Part shown: in pieces, positions 27,333 to 34,575 of the stretch
How positions within the stretch are numbered: the first letter of the stretch is position 1
Layout: each line of letters opens with the position of its first letter
From: a virus
Virus record (IMG/VR): IMGVR_UViG_3300031825_000353
Direction: 5' to 3' (one strand)
DNA: 64,000 bases
The notes under the pieces: model-generated
The model's database searches: none
The model's input: the letters and a program-made list of their open reading frames with translations, nothing else
What the model was told of the DNA's origin: nothing
Made by a program: the position numbers and the translations under genes

Positions 27333-28195
27333 CGTTCACCTGCAAGGGGGAGAGTCGGGAAAGGGGAAGGGCCCTGGGACCCTGGAGACGGTCGGAGAGG
27401 CATGAACCGCCCGGGGCTGGCCCGAGGGCCGCCCGTGTTCTGGGCGCGTTCCAGCCAGCTCATGGCGAAGCGGCCGATGCCCTTCTGGGTCTTCCGGCGC
27501 GAGAGGTTCCCAGGGTCGTTCAGCCAGAGGAGCATCTTGCGGACCTCGGCCAGGACGTTCACCCCAGGGAAGGCCTCGGCCCAGGTCTTGACCATGGCCT
27601 CGGTGACGGGCCAGGTCTTCCCACCTGAACCAGCCACAGGGAACTCCAACACCACCGGCGTGGAGTCGGACTTGTCCGGCTCCGCGCAATACTCTTTTTT
27701 GGGAGCGGGAGCGGGAGCGGGAGCGGGAGCGGGAGGGGCGTCATTTGCTGCCCATTTGCTGTTCACTTGCTGTTCACTTGCTGCCCGTTTCCTGGAAGTC
27801 GCACCTTTCCGGCCAGCATCCGACCGCATTTCAGAGAGCGTCCGACCCTGCTCTTTCCGAGCCATCTCCCGCTGGAGCCGCTTGCCGACGTAGCGGGGGG
27901 CGTGGTCGAAGAGGTCGTGGCACTGGTAGTGGCCCGAGCGACCTTCCACCTCCTCGATGAAGCCCGGGTGATCCTCACCGCCGGCATCCATCAGGGCCCG
28001 GCAGAGGGCCCCGGGTTCTCCCGGCCATTGGGCCGCGGCCTCCACATCGATCACGTCACCAAGGAAGGGGTCGCCGTTCTGGTAGCACTTCTCCCACATC
28101 AGCTCGAGGCAGCCCAGGGCCATGGGGGCGCTGCCCACCAGGCGCGCCAGCCGGAGGAACTTGCGGTGTTGGGTCAAGCCAGGCCGAGCCATCAC
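27329..28195 (-). CDS. Replication initiator (lambda O-like architecture)
   Basis: N-terminal HRKFLRLARL..GCLELMW; Pro/Ala linker; internal iterons; upstream of DnaC-like gene. Confidence 0.75.
   Translation of the reverse strand: MMARPGLTQHRKFLRLARLVGSAPMALGCLELMWEKCYQNGDPFLGDVIDVEAAAQWPGEPGALCRALMDAGGEDHPGFIEEVEGRSGHYQCHDLFDHAPRYVGKRLQREMARKEQGRTLSEMRSDAGRKGATSRKRAASEQQVNSKWAANDAPPAPAPAPAPAPKKEYCAEPDKSDSTPVVLEFPVAGSGGKTWPVTEAMVKTWAEAFPGVNVLAEVRKMLLWLNDPGNLSRRKTQKGIGRFAMSWLERAQNTGGPRASPGRFMPLRPSPGSQGPSPFPTLPLAGER
27701..27786. repeat. Putative replication origin: (GGGAGC)x5 plus four tandem 11-bp iterons
   Basis: ATTTGCTGCCC, ATTTGCTGTTC, ACTTGCTGTTC, ACTTGCTGCCC at 27743-27786, inside initiator gene. 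Confidence 0.65.
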
Positions 28196-28698
28196 GCCCT
28201 CCCGTCGATCACGGCGACCAGCAGGCGGCAGAGTTCGGCCAGGTTGGTCTTGGCGCGCGGGGCGCTGCCCAGGAAGGCGTACTGGTGCGCCTCACGCGCG
28301 AGATGCAGCACCTGGCCCAGGCGGTCGTCCTCACCGGCCCGGGCCTTCAGGCGCGCGATCTCGCGCAGCAGGGCGTCCTCCTCCACCGCCCCGAAGACCG
28401 GCTTCACGCCCAGGGCCTCGGCCAGCTGGTGGAAGAAGGCCCCGCGACGCTCGGCGTCCAGATCCGACAGGCCCAGCACCACGTAGCCCTCCTGCAGGCC
28501 GTAGCCGCTGGTCAGGCAGGTGATGCGGCGCGGCCCCAGCTCGCGGCCTGTGTAGACCTCCGCAAAGGGATCCCACTCGCGCTTCAGCACCCCATCCCCC
28601 ACCGCGAAGGGGCGGTCGGCGAGGCGGATGGTGAAGGGCTTCCGCCCGGCCATAGCCGCGGCGAAGGGAGCAGGGTGGCACTTCAGGTCATGCAGCAT
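28192..28698 (-). CDS. DUF3850/ASCH-like domain protein
   Basis: HDLKCHPAPFAAAMAGRKPFTIRLADRPFAVGD..L.REWD...YTGR. Confidence 0.78.
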   Translation of the reverse strand: MLHDLKCHPAPFAAAMAGRKPFTIRLADRPFAVGDGVLKREWDPFAEVYTGRELGPRRITCLTSGYGLQEGYVVLGLSDLDAERRGAFFHQLAEALGVKPVFGAVEEDALLREIARLKARAGEDDRLGQVLHLAREAHQYAFLGSAPRAKTNLAELCRLLVAVIDGRA

Positions 28699-28830
28699 CG
28701 GTCATCCGCGAAAATTTAGGCTTGGTTTGCGTTTGCAGTTCTACGGTTCGTTCAACAATTACGTTTTAAAAAGAGTGATTAGGCGAACTTGGGCGTCCGA
28801 ATGAAGTTCGTCTAATTCAAAGTTGGGCGT

Positions 28831-29172
28831 TCACTCGGATCGCAGACTTTCCCGGTGCTCAAGTTCTTCACCGCTGTCCTCCCACGAAATGGCCATGGCG
28901 TGGCAGCAGGCGGAGCACCAACGGAAGGTCTGGATCCCTCCGTCGTAGGCTTCGGCTCTTATTCGGATTCGCTCTCCCGGTTTGATCTCTCCGGTGCAGA
29001 TTTGGCAAGGCCCAGGCTTTCGCGCCACGCCGATCTTATCTTTCAGCACCACTTCACCGTCCCCGAAGTCTCCCTCGAAAGGGTTGTAGGCCATGCACTC
29101 CTTTTCGTTGAAGTCGCGCCCAACCGGCTCCTTCAACTCGGACCCAGCCTGGATTTGCTCATTTGGCATCAT
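28831..29172 (-). CDS. Cassette 1 ORF, Cys-rich (CQIC/CSAC) putative Zn-binding protein
   Basis: Starts in loop of attC-A; VARKPGPCQICTGEIKPGERIR motif. Confidence 0.75.
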   Translation of the reverse strand: MMPNEQIQAGSELKEPVGRDFNEKECMAYNPFEGDFGDGEVVLKDKIGVARKPGPCQICTGEIKPGERIRIRAEAYDGGIQTFRWCSACCHAMAISWEDSGEELEHRESLRSE

Positions 29173-29217
29173 CGTGGTTCCCTTCTCCGGCTGGGCCGGT
29201 TAAGTCGAAAGTTAGGC
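29118..29217 (+). repeat. attC site A
   Basis: GCCCAAC ... CTT[C]AAC[T]CGG[A]CCCAGCC / GGCTGGG CCG GTT AAG ... GTTAGGC. Confidence 0.9.
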
Positions 29218-29469
29218 ATCTTCTGTGAGCCTTACGCCCTTGAAGTAGATATGGCCGCAACTAAAACACTCGTAGGGCGTTTCCGTGTCGCGCTTCATCC
29301 ACTCGTGGGCTGGATTGCAGTTCCAGCAGGATCTAGTTGGGAACAACCCCAATAATCCGGATGGCCCATTTGCCTTCGCCCACTCTTCCGCTTCTTGCCT
29401 CAATGTTTCGACGGTGCCCAACCCGCCGCTCAACTCGGACCCTTGGGCCTGTTCATCTTTTCGGTTCAT
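29212..29469 (-). CDS. Cassette 2 ORF, Cys-rich (CWNC/CFSC)
   Basis: ATG and RBS AGGAAGG in loop of attC-B; TAA stop is inside the GTTAGGC core of attC-A. Confidence 0.72.
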   Translation of the reverse strand: MNRKDEQAQGSELSGGLGTVETLRQEAEEWAKANGPSGLLGLFPTRSCWNCNPAHEWMKRDTETPYECFSCGHIYFKGVRLTEDA

Positions 29470-29514
29470 GGTTCGTCCTTCCTGGCCCAAGGGCCGGTTA
29501 GCTTTTCGTTAGGC
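29416..29514 (+). repeat. attC site B
   Basis: GCCCAAC ... GCT[C]AAC[T]CGG[A]CCCTTGGGCC / GGCCCAAGGG CCG GTT AGC ... GTTAGGC. Confidence 0.92.
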
Positions 29515-29796
29515 GTCAGCCTTCGTGCAAAGAAGGAACAGGCTTCCCCCTTCGTTGACCAGGCTGTCTTTCTGGTGGTGCTTGCATGTGCCCATAGGCA
29601 CGGGGCCTTGAATGTTCGTGATGATCCCGTGGGCGCAGACGCGGGGCTTCTCACCCAGCGCCTCGGTGTGAGCCAGAAGGGGGCAGGTTGAACAGGAAAG
29701 GTCCCAGATCCCCGCATTCCCTTCCGTGAACTTCACCCGGCGCCTAACCACGGCGCTCAACCCGGACCCCGCCTTCGTTTCGTCCTGGCTCATCAT
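29509..29796 (-). CDS. Cassette 3 ORF, Cys-rich hypothetical
   Basis: RBS AAGGAG and ATG in loop of attC-C; stop in core of attC-B. Confidence 0.72.
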   Translation of the reverse strand: MMSQDETKAGSGLSAVVRRRVKFTEGNAGIWDLSCSTCPLLAHTEALGEKPRVCAHGIITNIQGPVPMGTCKHHQKDSLVNEGGSLFLLCTKADA

Positions 29797-29839
29797 GTCT
29801 CCTTGGCCCACGGCGGGGCCGGTTAGCTTTTCGTTAGAG
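29742..29839 (+). repeat. attC site C
   Basis: GCCTAAC ... GCT[C]AAC[C]CGG[A]CCCCGCC / GGCGGGG CCG GTT AGC ... GTTAGAG. Confidence 0.9.
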
Positions 29840-30046
29840 CTCCCGCAGCACGATGTGATTGTCCTTGCTCCGGTAGTAGAGGTCCGGGAACCGGTCACGC
29901 CACGCCATCAGCTCCGCCTCCAGCTTGGCTCGCGTGATGCAGCAAAGTGGCTGCGGGAATGCCGTTTCAAAACTGAATGGAGTGATCATCGCCCTAACCG
30001 TGGCGCTCAACTCGGACCCTTGGGCCTGTTCATCTTTTTGGTTCAT
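29834..30046 (-). CDS. Cassette 4 ORF, hypothetical
   Basis: Starts in loop of attC-D; stop in core of attC-C. Confidence 0.7.
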   Translation of the reverse strand: MNQKDEQAQGSELSATVRAMITPFSFETAFPQPLCCITRAKLEAELMAWRDRFPDLYYRSKDNHIVLREL

Positions 30047-30091
30047 GGTTCATCCTTCCTGGCCCAAGGGCCGGTTAGCTTTTCGTTGGGC
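29992..30091 (+). repeat. attC site D
   Basis: CCCTAAC ... GTTGGGC; 82/84 nt identical to site B. Confidence 0.92.
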
Positions 30092-30092
30092 G

Positions 30093-30272
30093 CTACCTGT
30101 AGATCAGAAGGGCAGCCCAAACAGTTGCAGCAGCGCCGAGAATGAAGCTGACGAGATCCGCACCGAGCGTCGTTTCTTCTTTCCTTGGGTAGTTGCAAAT
30201 TGCGATTCGGCCAAGTCGGATCACCCCGGCTATAACGCCAAGCCAGAAAGTGAATTTAATGAATGTGAGCAT
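30093..30272 (-). CDS. Cassette 5 ORF, 59-aa two-TM membrane protein (absent from ORF track)
   Basis: Manual translation MLTFIKFTFWLGVIAGVIRLGRIAICNYPRKEETTLGADLVSFILGAAATVWAALLIYR; GAGG/AAGGG upstream. Confidence 0.7.
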   Translation of the reverse strand: MLTFIKFTFWLGVIAGVIRLGRIAICNYPRKEETTLGADLVSFILGAAATVWAALLIYR

Positions 30273-30286
30273 CCCTTAGTCCTCGC

Positions 30287-30381
30287 GCTCAACCGAGCGC
30301 TCAACTCAGACCCCGGCGCCTGATGGTTGTGGTTTCTTCATCGCTAATCCAGCGCCGGGGCTGGTTAGCTTGGCGTTAGGC
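30287..30381 (+). repeat. attC site E
   Basis: GCTCAAC ... GCT[C]AAC[T]CAG[A]CCCCGGCGC / GCGCCGGGG CTG GTT AGC ... GTTAGGC; compensatory CAG/CTG pair. Confidence 0.92.
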
Positions 30382-30612
30382 CGCTTCCATCTCAAATTGC
30401 ATTTCCAGCGCCAGCTCCTCAGTCACCAGCAACGTTCTACCGTCCGGCATAGTGCGTTCCCACATCCAAAGGCATCCCGGGGTCTGGCAGGTATGCTTCC
30501 ATCCAGCCGCTTCTAAAAACTTTTGAACCGCGTTTGTGTAGTTATCCGACGCCACGTCTTTCAGCGCGAGAAGTTGGTCTAATTTCATCCTTTCAATCGT
30601 TTCCACGTTCAT
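30376..30612 (-). CDS. Cassette 6 ORF, hypothetical
   Basis: RBS GGAGG; stop in core of attC-E. Confidence 0.75.
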   Translation of the reverse strand: MNVETIERMKLDQLLALKDVASDNYTNAVQKFLEAAGWKHTCQTPGCLWMWERTMPDGRTLLVTEELALEMQFEMEAA

Positions 30613-30621
30613 TTCCTCCGG

Positions 30622-30719
30622 GCCTAACCAGGCCCTTCAACTCGGACCCCAGCGCGGGTGCGATGTGGTTTCTGATAGGTCCGGCCTGCGCTGGGGCCGG
30701 TTAAGGGCGGGCGTTATGT
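30622..30719 (+). repeat. attC site F
   Basis: GCCTAAC ... CCCTT[C]AAC[T]CGG[A]CCCCAGCGC / GCGCTGGGG CCG GTT AAGGG ... GTTATGT. Confidence 0.9.
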
Positions 30720-31433
30720 GGATCTACTCATGCCGCTCGGCTCCCAGTTCCAAAGAGCCTCACCGCCGCGTAGCTCGGGCAGATAGATGCCGTCCACCTT
30801 GTCGGGCCGAACATACTTCCCGAGGAAATCCACTTCGCCCTTGCGCTCGCAGCGCCAGACAGCGCCCTCGGCTGGGTCGAGTGCCCCGTGATGGCCGGTG
30901 CCTCCAAGGCGAGCCATGGCCGTCTCGACAGAGCAGGGGCCGCCGAGATGAAGGACGGTCGGCGTGGTGATTCCGGCGCGGTCGCACCTGGCGCTCAGTT
31001 CCTCCCATAGCACCCGCTTCCCCTCCCTGAAGATGTCGAAAGCGGCGAAGGGTTCGTGGGCCAGCAGGTAGCGGGTGCCGTGGGCCTGGGCTAGCCATTC
31101 GCCACAGATCCGCTCCCCTTCGGCCAGCAGATCATTGAAGCGTGGCCAGTTCTGGGCCACCCACCCGGCGAAGAGGTGATGCTGCGAATAATGGCTTGTC
31201 TCCGCCCTCCACCCGGCGCGGGTGACGGGCACAATCACCCCGCCCAGCTTCCCGATGCCCACATTCGATCCGTCCAGCTTCTCTTGCACGATGATGAGGT
31301 CGTGCCGGTCCCTGACCCTTTCCGTGAGAATACGGGCCTGCCCGTCAGCGATCTTGTGATCTCCTGGCCCCAGCCTGCTCATGGGCAGGTGGCCGATGGA
31401 CCCGTAGGACTTCCCGCCGAATGGTTTGTTCAT
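30714..31433 (-). CDS. Cassette 7 ORF: ATP-dependent RNA ligase family protein (start ATG 31433)
   Basis: Nucleotidyltransferase motifs I QEKLDGSN, III GEW, IIIa FDI, IV EGAVW, V KYVR; stop in core of attC-F. Confidence 0.88.
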   Translation of the reverse strand: MNKPFGGKSYGSIGHLPMSRLGPGDHKIADGQARILTERVRDRHDLIIVQEKLDGSNVGIGKLGGVIVPVTRAGWRAETSHYSQHHLFAGWVAQNWPRFNDLLAEGERICGEWLAQAHGTRYLLAHEPFAAFDIFREGKRVLWEELSARCDRAGITTPTVLHLGGPCSVETAMARLGGTGHHGALDPAEGAVWRCERKGEVDFLGKYVRPDKVDGIYLPELRGGEALWNWEPSGMSRST

Positions 31434-31462
31434 CTTTTTGACTCCCTGTTGGTTGGGGTTCG

Positions 31463-31495
31463 CCACATAACCATCTCGCTCAACCCGGGCCCAGC
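31463..31495 (+). repeat. Half attC site G (R'' and L'' only)
   Basis: CCACATAAC is the exact reverse complement of GTTATGTGG at cassette start; GCT[C]AAC[C]CGG[G]CCC follows; no partner arm found. Confidence 0.75.
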
Positions 31496-31722
31496 AGCGG
31501 GCACCGATGCCGGGGCAGCATCGTCGGGATGCCCTGCACGGGCTCGACGCCCTGCGCTTGCAGCTCGCGGCAGATGGCGCACAGGCATTCGTAGGGCGCG
31601 GCCAGGCGGGCATGCTCGGCCAGCTGGTGGGAGGCGGCGTGGGTCAGCACCTGGTCGCGGGCTTGAAGCCGGGCCAGCTGCAGGGCGAGGGCGACGTTGA
31701 GGGTGGGGTTGAGGGCGGTCAT
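31480..31722 (-). CDS. Hypothetical protein
   Basis: ORF coupled to upstream gene; stop falls in half attC. Confidence 0.5.
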   Translation of the reverse strand: MTALNPTLNVALALQLARLQARDQVLTHAASHQLAEHARLAAPYECLCAICRELQAQGVEPVQGIPTMLPRHRCPLLGPG

Positions 31723-32018
31723 CGGCGCAGCCTCGGGGCGGCCTGCCGGTAGACGATGCCGGGCCGGTCCACCCGCGCGAAGGTCAGCTTGGGATGCTGG
31801 AGCTTCCAGATCTCATGCTCGAGGCGCCGGCGCTTGTCGGACCAGGCGCAGCGGGCGTCGAAGTAGTCCCACCCGGCCCTGGAGCGGGGGTCGTAGGGCG
31901 AGGGCATGACCGGCTTGGCCTCCAGGTGCTCTGCCAGCGCGGCGCGCAGGGAGTCCAGGTCCGCGGGCCGCGAGGGGGCCCGGCGTTCGACCGTGAGGGT
32001 GGCGGCGGGCGAGCTCAT
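31719..32018 (-). CDS. Hypothetical protein (likely start MSSPAA)
   Basis: Coupled operon spacing. Confidence 0.45.
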   Translation of the reverse strand: MSSPAATLTVERRAPSRPADLDSLRAALAEHLEAKPVMPSPYDPRSRAGWDYFDARCAWSDKRRRLEHEIWKLQHPKLTFARVDRPGIVYRQAAPRLRR

Positions 32019-32121
32019 CACCACCACCCGAAGAAGCGAGGCTTCAGGATGCGGCCCCACAGGTCGGCCACATCGATGAAGAGGATCCGGAGCAGAGTGT
32101 GGTCCCGGCGGTCGATGGCGT

Positions 32122-33786
32122 TCATGCTGCACCTACCTTGTGGAAGATGGCCGGGCGCTGCTGCACCACGGCCTTGATCAGGGCCTTCACGGTGCCGACG
32201 GGACAGGCGTTGCCGATCATCTTCACGGCGTCGCGCTTGGTCAGGGGCTTGCCCTCGGCGCTCTCGAACTTGAACCACTCGGGGAAGCCCATGGCGCGGG
32301 CCAGCTCCCGGGGCTCGAGCATGCGCATGCCGATGTCCGTGATGATGTAGGTCTCGCCGTCGATCTCGACCGTCACCAGCCCGTGGCGGGCGATGGTGGT
32401 CACGGCGTGCAGGGGGTCGGCGGGCGTCTGGTGCTGGCCCCCGGTGGAGTAGTACTGCTGGAGGAAGGCGGCCACCAGGCTGTGCTTCACCCCACCCGCC
32501 ACCACGGTGCCCAGGGGTGCCTGCAGGTCCAACACCCGGGGCGCCTGCCCCTCGCGCTCGCCATAGCCGGTCTGGATGAGCGAAGCGGCCACCAGGGCGT
32601 TGTGGTCGGTCCCGGTCACGGTCGGAGTGGGCTGGTCCAGGGGCGCGCCCACCACCCCGCTATAGTGCTTGGCCATGAAGGCGGCCACCAGGGCGGCATG
32701 CCCCCCGCCGGCTGATACCGTCGGCAGCGGCGCCTCCACGCTTCCGGCGCTGGCCTGGATCTGGTCCGGGGCTGTGCCGCGCAGGCTGACCATGCTGGCA
32801 GCCACCAGCGCCGTGTCGGCCTTGGTGGTGCCGGTACCCATGGGCTCGGCAAGGCCCCGGGGGGCGCTCTGCCCGGCCCGGCCGCCCACGCCCACCATCG
32901 TGGCGGAGACGATGGCCTTCTCCCCCCGGTTGGCCGTGGTGATGGTCTTCATGGGCTCGTCGGCGTTCTCCAGGCGGCCGCCGTGGGTCAGGTTCACGAT
33001 GAAGGGCCGACCCTTCAGGACGAACCGCTCCACCCCGGCGGCGATGCGGCGCAGGGTGGCCTCGGCCAGGGGCTTCTTGCGATCGAAGATCGACGGCACG
33101 GGGATGCTCCAGTCGATGCACTCGGCAGCCGTGCGCCAGGGCGGCAGGGCCGCGTCGAAGAGCCCGGCGGGCTTCCGGGGATCCCGGTGGGTGGGATCGG
33201 GCCAGACGATGGGCAGGCCGTCGCGCACCGCCTGGAGGAAGAACCTGCGGCGGATGGTGGGGTCGCCGTAGTCGGCGGCGCAGAGCACCCGCCACTCCAC
33301 CCGGTAGCCCAGGCCCTCCAGATCGGCCACGAAGGCACGGAAATCCTCGCCCTTGCGGGCCTTGATGGGTTGGCCGGCCCCATCCAGAGGGCCCCAGTCC
33401 TGGAACTCAGGCACGTTCTCGACCATCAGCACGTCCACCTGGGCCACCCGCAGCCAGCGGTCCACAACCTCCCAGGCGTGGCTGCGCTGCTGCTCCTCCT
33501 TGGGCTTCCCGCCCCGGGCCCGGCTGTGGTGGACGCAGCTGGGGCTCGCCCACAGCAGGTGGATCCGCTCCAGCCCGTAGGTGGCGGCGGTCACCTGGGT
33601 GATGTCCTCCTGATGGACGCTGATCCAGGGAAAGTTCCGCCCGTGAGTGGCGACGGCCAGATCCCAGTGGTTGATGGCGTGGCCGCAGAGTTCCCGTGTG
33701 GGGATGCCCAGCTCCTCGAAGGCCAGATGCTTGCCGAGGCTCTCGCCCCCGGCCCCGCAGAACAGGGAGACGGTGTTGGGGGTCAT
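32122..33786 (-). CDS. C5-cytosine DNA methyltransferase (long phage type)
   Basis: LFCGAGG, ASPSC, ENV, RRRFF, and C-terminal IGNA motifs. Confidence 0.93.
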   Translation of the reverse strand: MTPNTVSLFCGAGGESLGKHLAFEELGIPTRELCGHAINHWDLAVATHGRNFPWISVHQEDITQVTAATYGLERIHLLWASPSCVHHSRARGGKPKEEQQRSHAWEVVDRWLRVAQVDVLMVENVPEFQDWGPLDGAGQPIKARKGEDFRAFVADLEGLGYRVEWRVLCAADYGDPTIRRRFFLQAVRDGLPIVWPDPTHRDPRKPAGLFDAALPPWRTAAECIDWSIPVPSIFDRKKPLAEATLRRIAAGVERFVLKGRPFIVNLTHGGRLENADEPMKTITTANRGEKAIVSATMVGVGGRAGQSAPRGLAEPMGTGTTKADTALVAASMVSLRGTAPDQIQASAGSVEAPLPTVSAGGGHAALVAAFMAKHYSGVVGAPLDQPTPTVTGTDHNALVAASLIQTGYGEREGQAPRVLDLQAPLGTVVAGGVKHSLVAAFLQQYYSTGGQHQTPADPLHAVTTIARHGLVTVEIDGETYIITDIGMRMLEPRELARAMGFPEWFKFESAEGKPLTKRDAVKMIGNACPVGTVKALIKAVVQQRPAIFHKVGAA

Positions 33787-34451
33787 GCCGACATCTCCCC
33801 GGCCTCACCGCCCTCGGCCAGCCGCTGGGCCTGGCGCTCCCGGCGCAGCACCTCCCGGGCCGCCTCGCGCAGCTGGTCGATCAGCTCGTCGCCCAGACCG
33901 GCGGCGTGCAGCACCTCGGCCACGGCGGCGTGCAGCTCCGGCAGCAGGCGCTCGGTAGCCACCAGGGCTTCCTGGGCGATGACGATCTTGAGGGGCGGCT
34001 GGCCAGGGCGGCGCTCGGTGAGGCCCGATGCCCAGTAGAAGCAGGCGGCCTCCAGCACATCGGCCAGGCGCAGCAGGGCCAGCACCACGGGCGAAACGGT
34101 CGCCATGGGGTTCCCGCAGCCCCGCGCCTCCCAGAAGATGCCGTCCATGAGGGCGTCGTAGTCGATGCTCTCCAGCCGGTTCAGCACCTGCTTGCTGGGG
34201 TTCGGCACGTCCCCGTTCTGGGTCTTAGGCATGTCATGCACCATGAAGGCGCGCCAGAGGGCCAGCTCGTCCCGGTGGTCGAACTGGCCCACCGGCAGGC
34301 GGTGCCCCAGCCACACGGCCAGCATCGCCCCGCGGCCCGTATGCTCGGCCAGCGTCTGAGCCCGGGCCGTTTCGACCGTATGCCAGCGCTTGACGTGGCC
34401 CAGGGCCAGGATGTCGTAGGGGTGCAGGTGCTGGATCATCGGGTGCTCCAT
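33783..34451 (-). CDS. HD-domain phosphohydrolase (YfbR-like)
   Basis: VKRWH...QTLAEH, HD..K..NGDVP, RLADVLEA. Confidence 0.82.
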   Translation of the reverse strand: MEHPMIQHLHPYDILALGHVKRWHTVETARAQTLAEHTGRGAMLAVWLGHRLPVGQFDHRDELALWRAFMVHDMPKTQNGDVPNPSKQVLNRLESIDYDALMDGIFWEARGCGNPMATVSPVVLALLRLADVLEAACFYWASGLTERRPGQPPLKIVIAQEALVATERLLPELHAAVAEVLHAAGLGDELIDQLREAAREVLRRERQAQRLAEGGEAGEMSA

Positions 34452-34575
34452 GAGGTCGAGCGTTCGAACAGGGCCAGCACCAGCAGGAACCACAGGCCGC
34501 CGGTGAGGCTCCCGGCCGCCGTGGCATGCACGCAGCCGGCCAGGGCCGAGACCCGCGCGAGAAGGCGGGAGGGCG

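Larger units (their letters stand above)
28750..31495 (+). mobile_element. Integron-type gene cassette array (7 cassettes) with no recognisable IntI
   Basis: Six complete attC sites plus one half site; each R'' matches the core at the start of its own cassette. Confidence 0.88.

Noticed and set aside
27701-27736. (GGGAGC)n tract as a phase-variation switch
   Set aside because: A hexamer unit keeps the frame; it is simply explained as a Pro-Ala linker.
29925-30323. Plus-strand ORFs across the cassettes (29925..30323, 29726..30145, 29395..29691)
   Set aside because: They run through attC sites, lack RBS, and overlap better-supported minus-strand genes.
29118-30719. Repeats as a CRISPR array
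   Set aside because: Units are about 100 bp and imperfect, spaced by 150-250 bp ORF-bearing segments; no cas genes; structure fits attC.
29118-30719. Repeats as simple intrinsic terminators or REP elements
   Set aside because: Conserved bulge positions, AAC/GTT cores and cassette-wise core matching are not explained by terminators; four ORFs start inside them.
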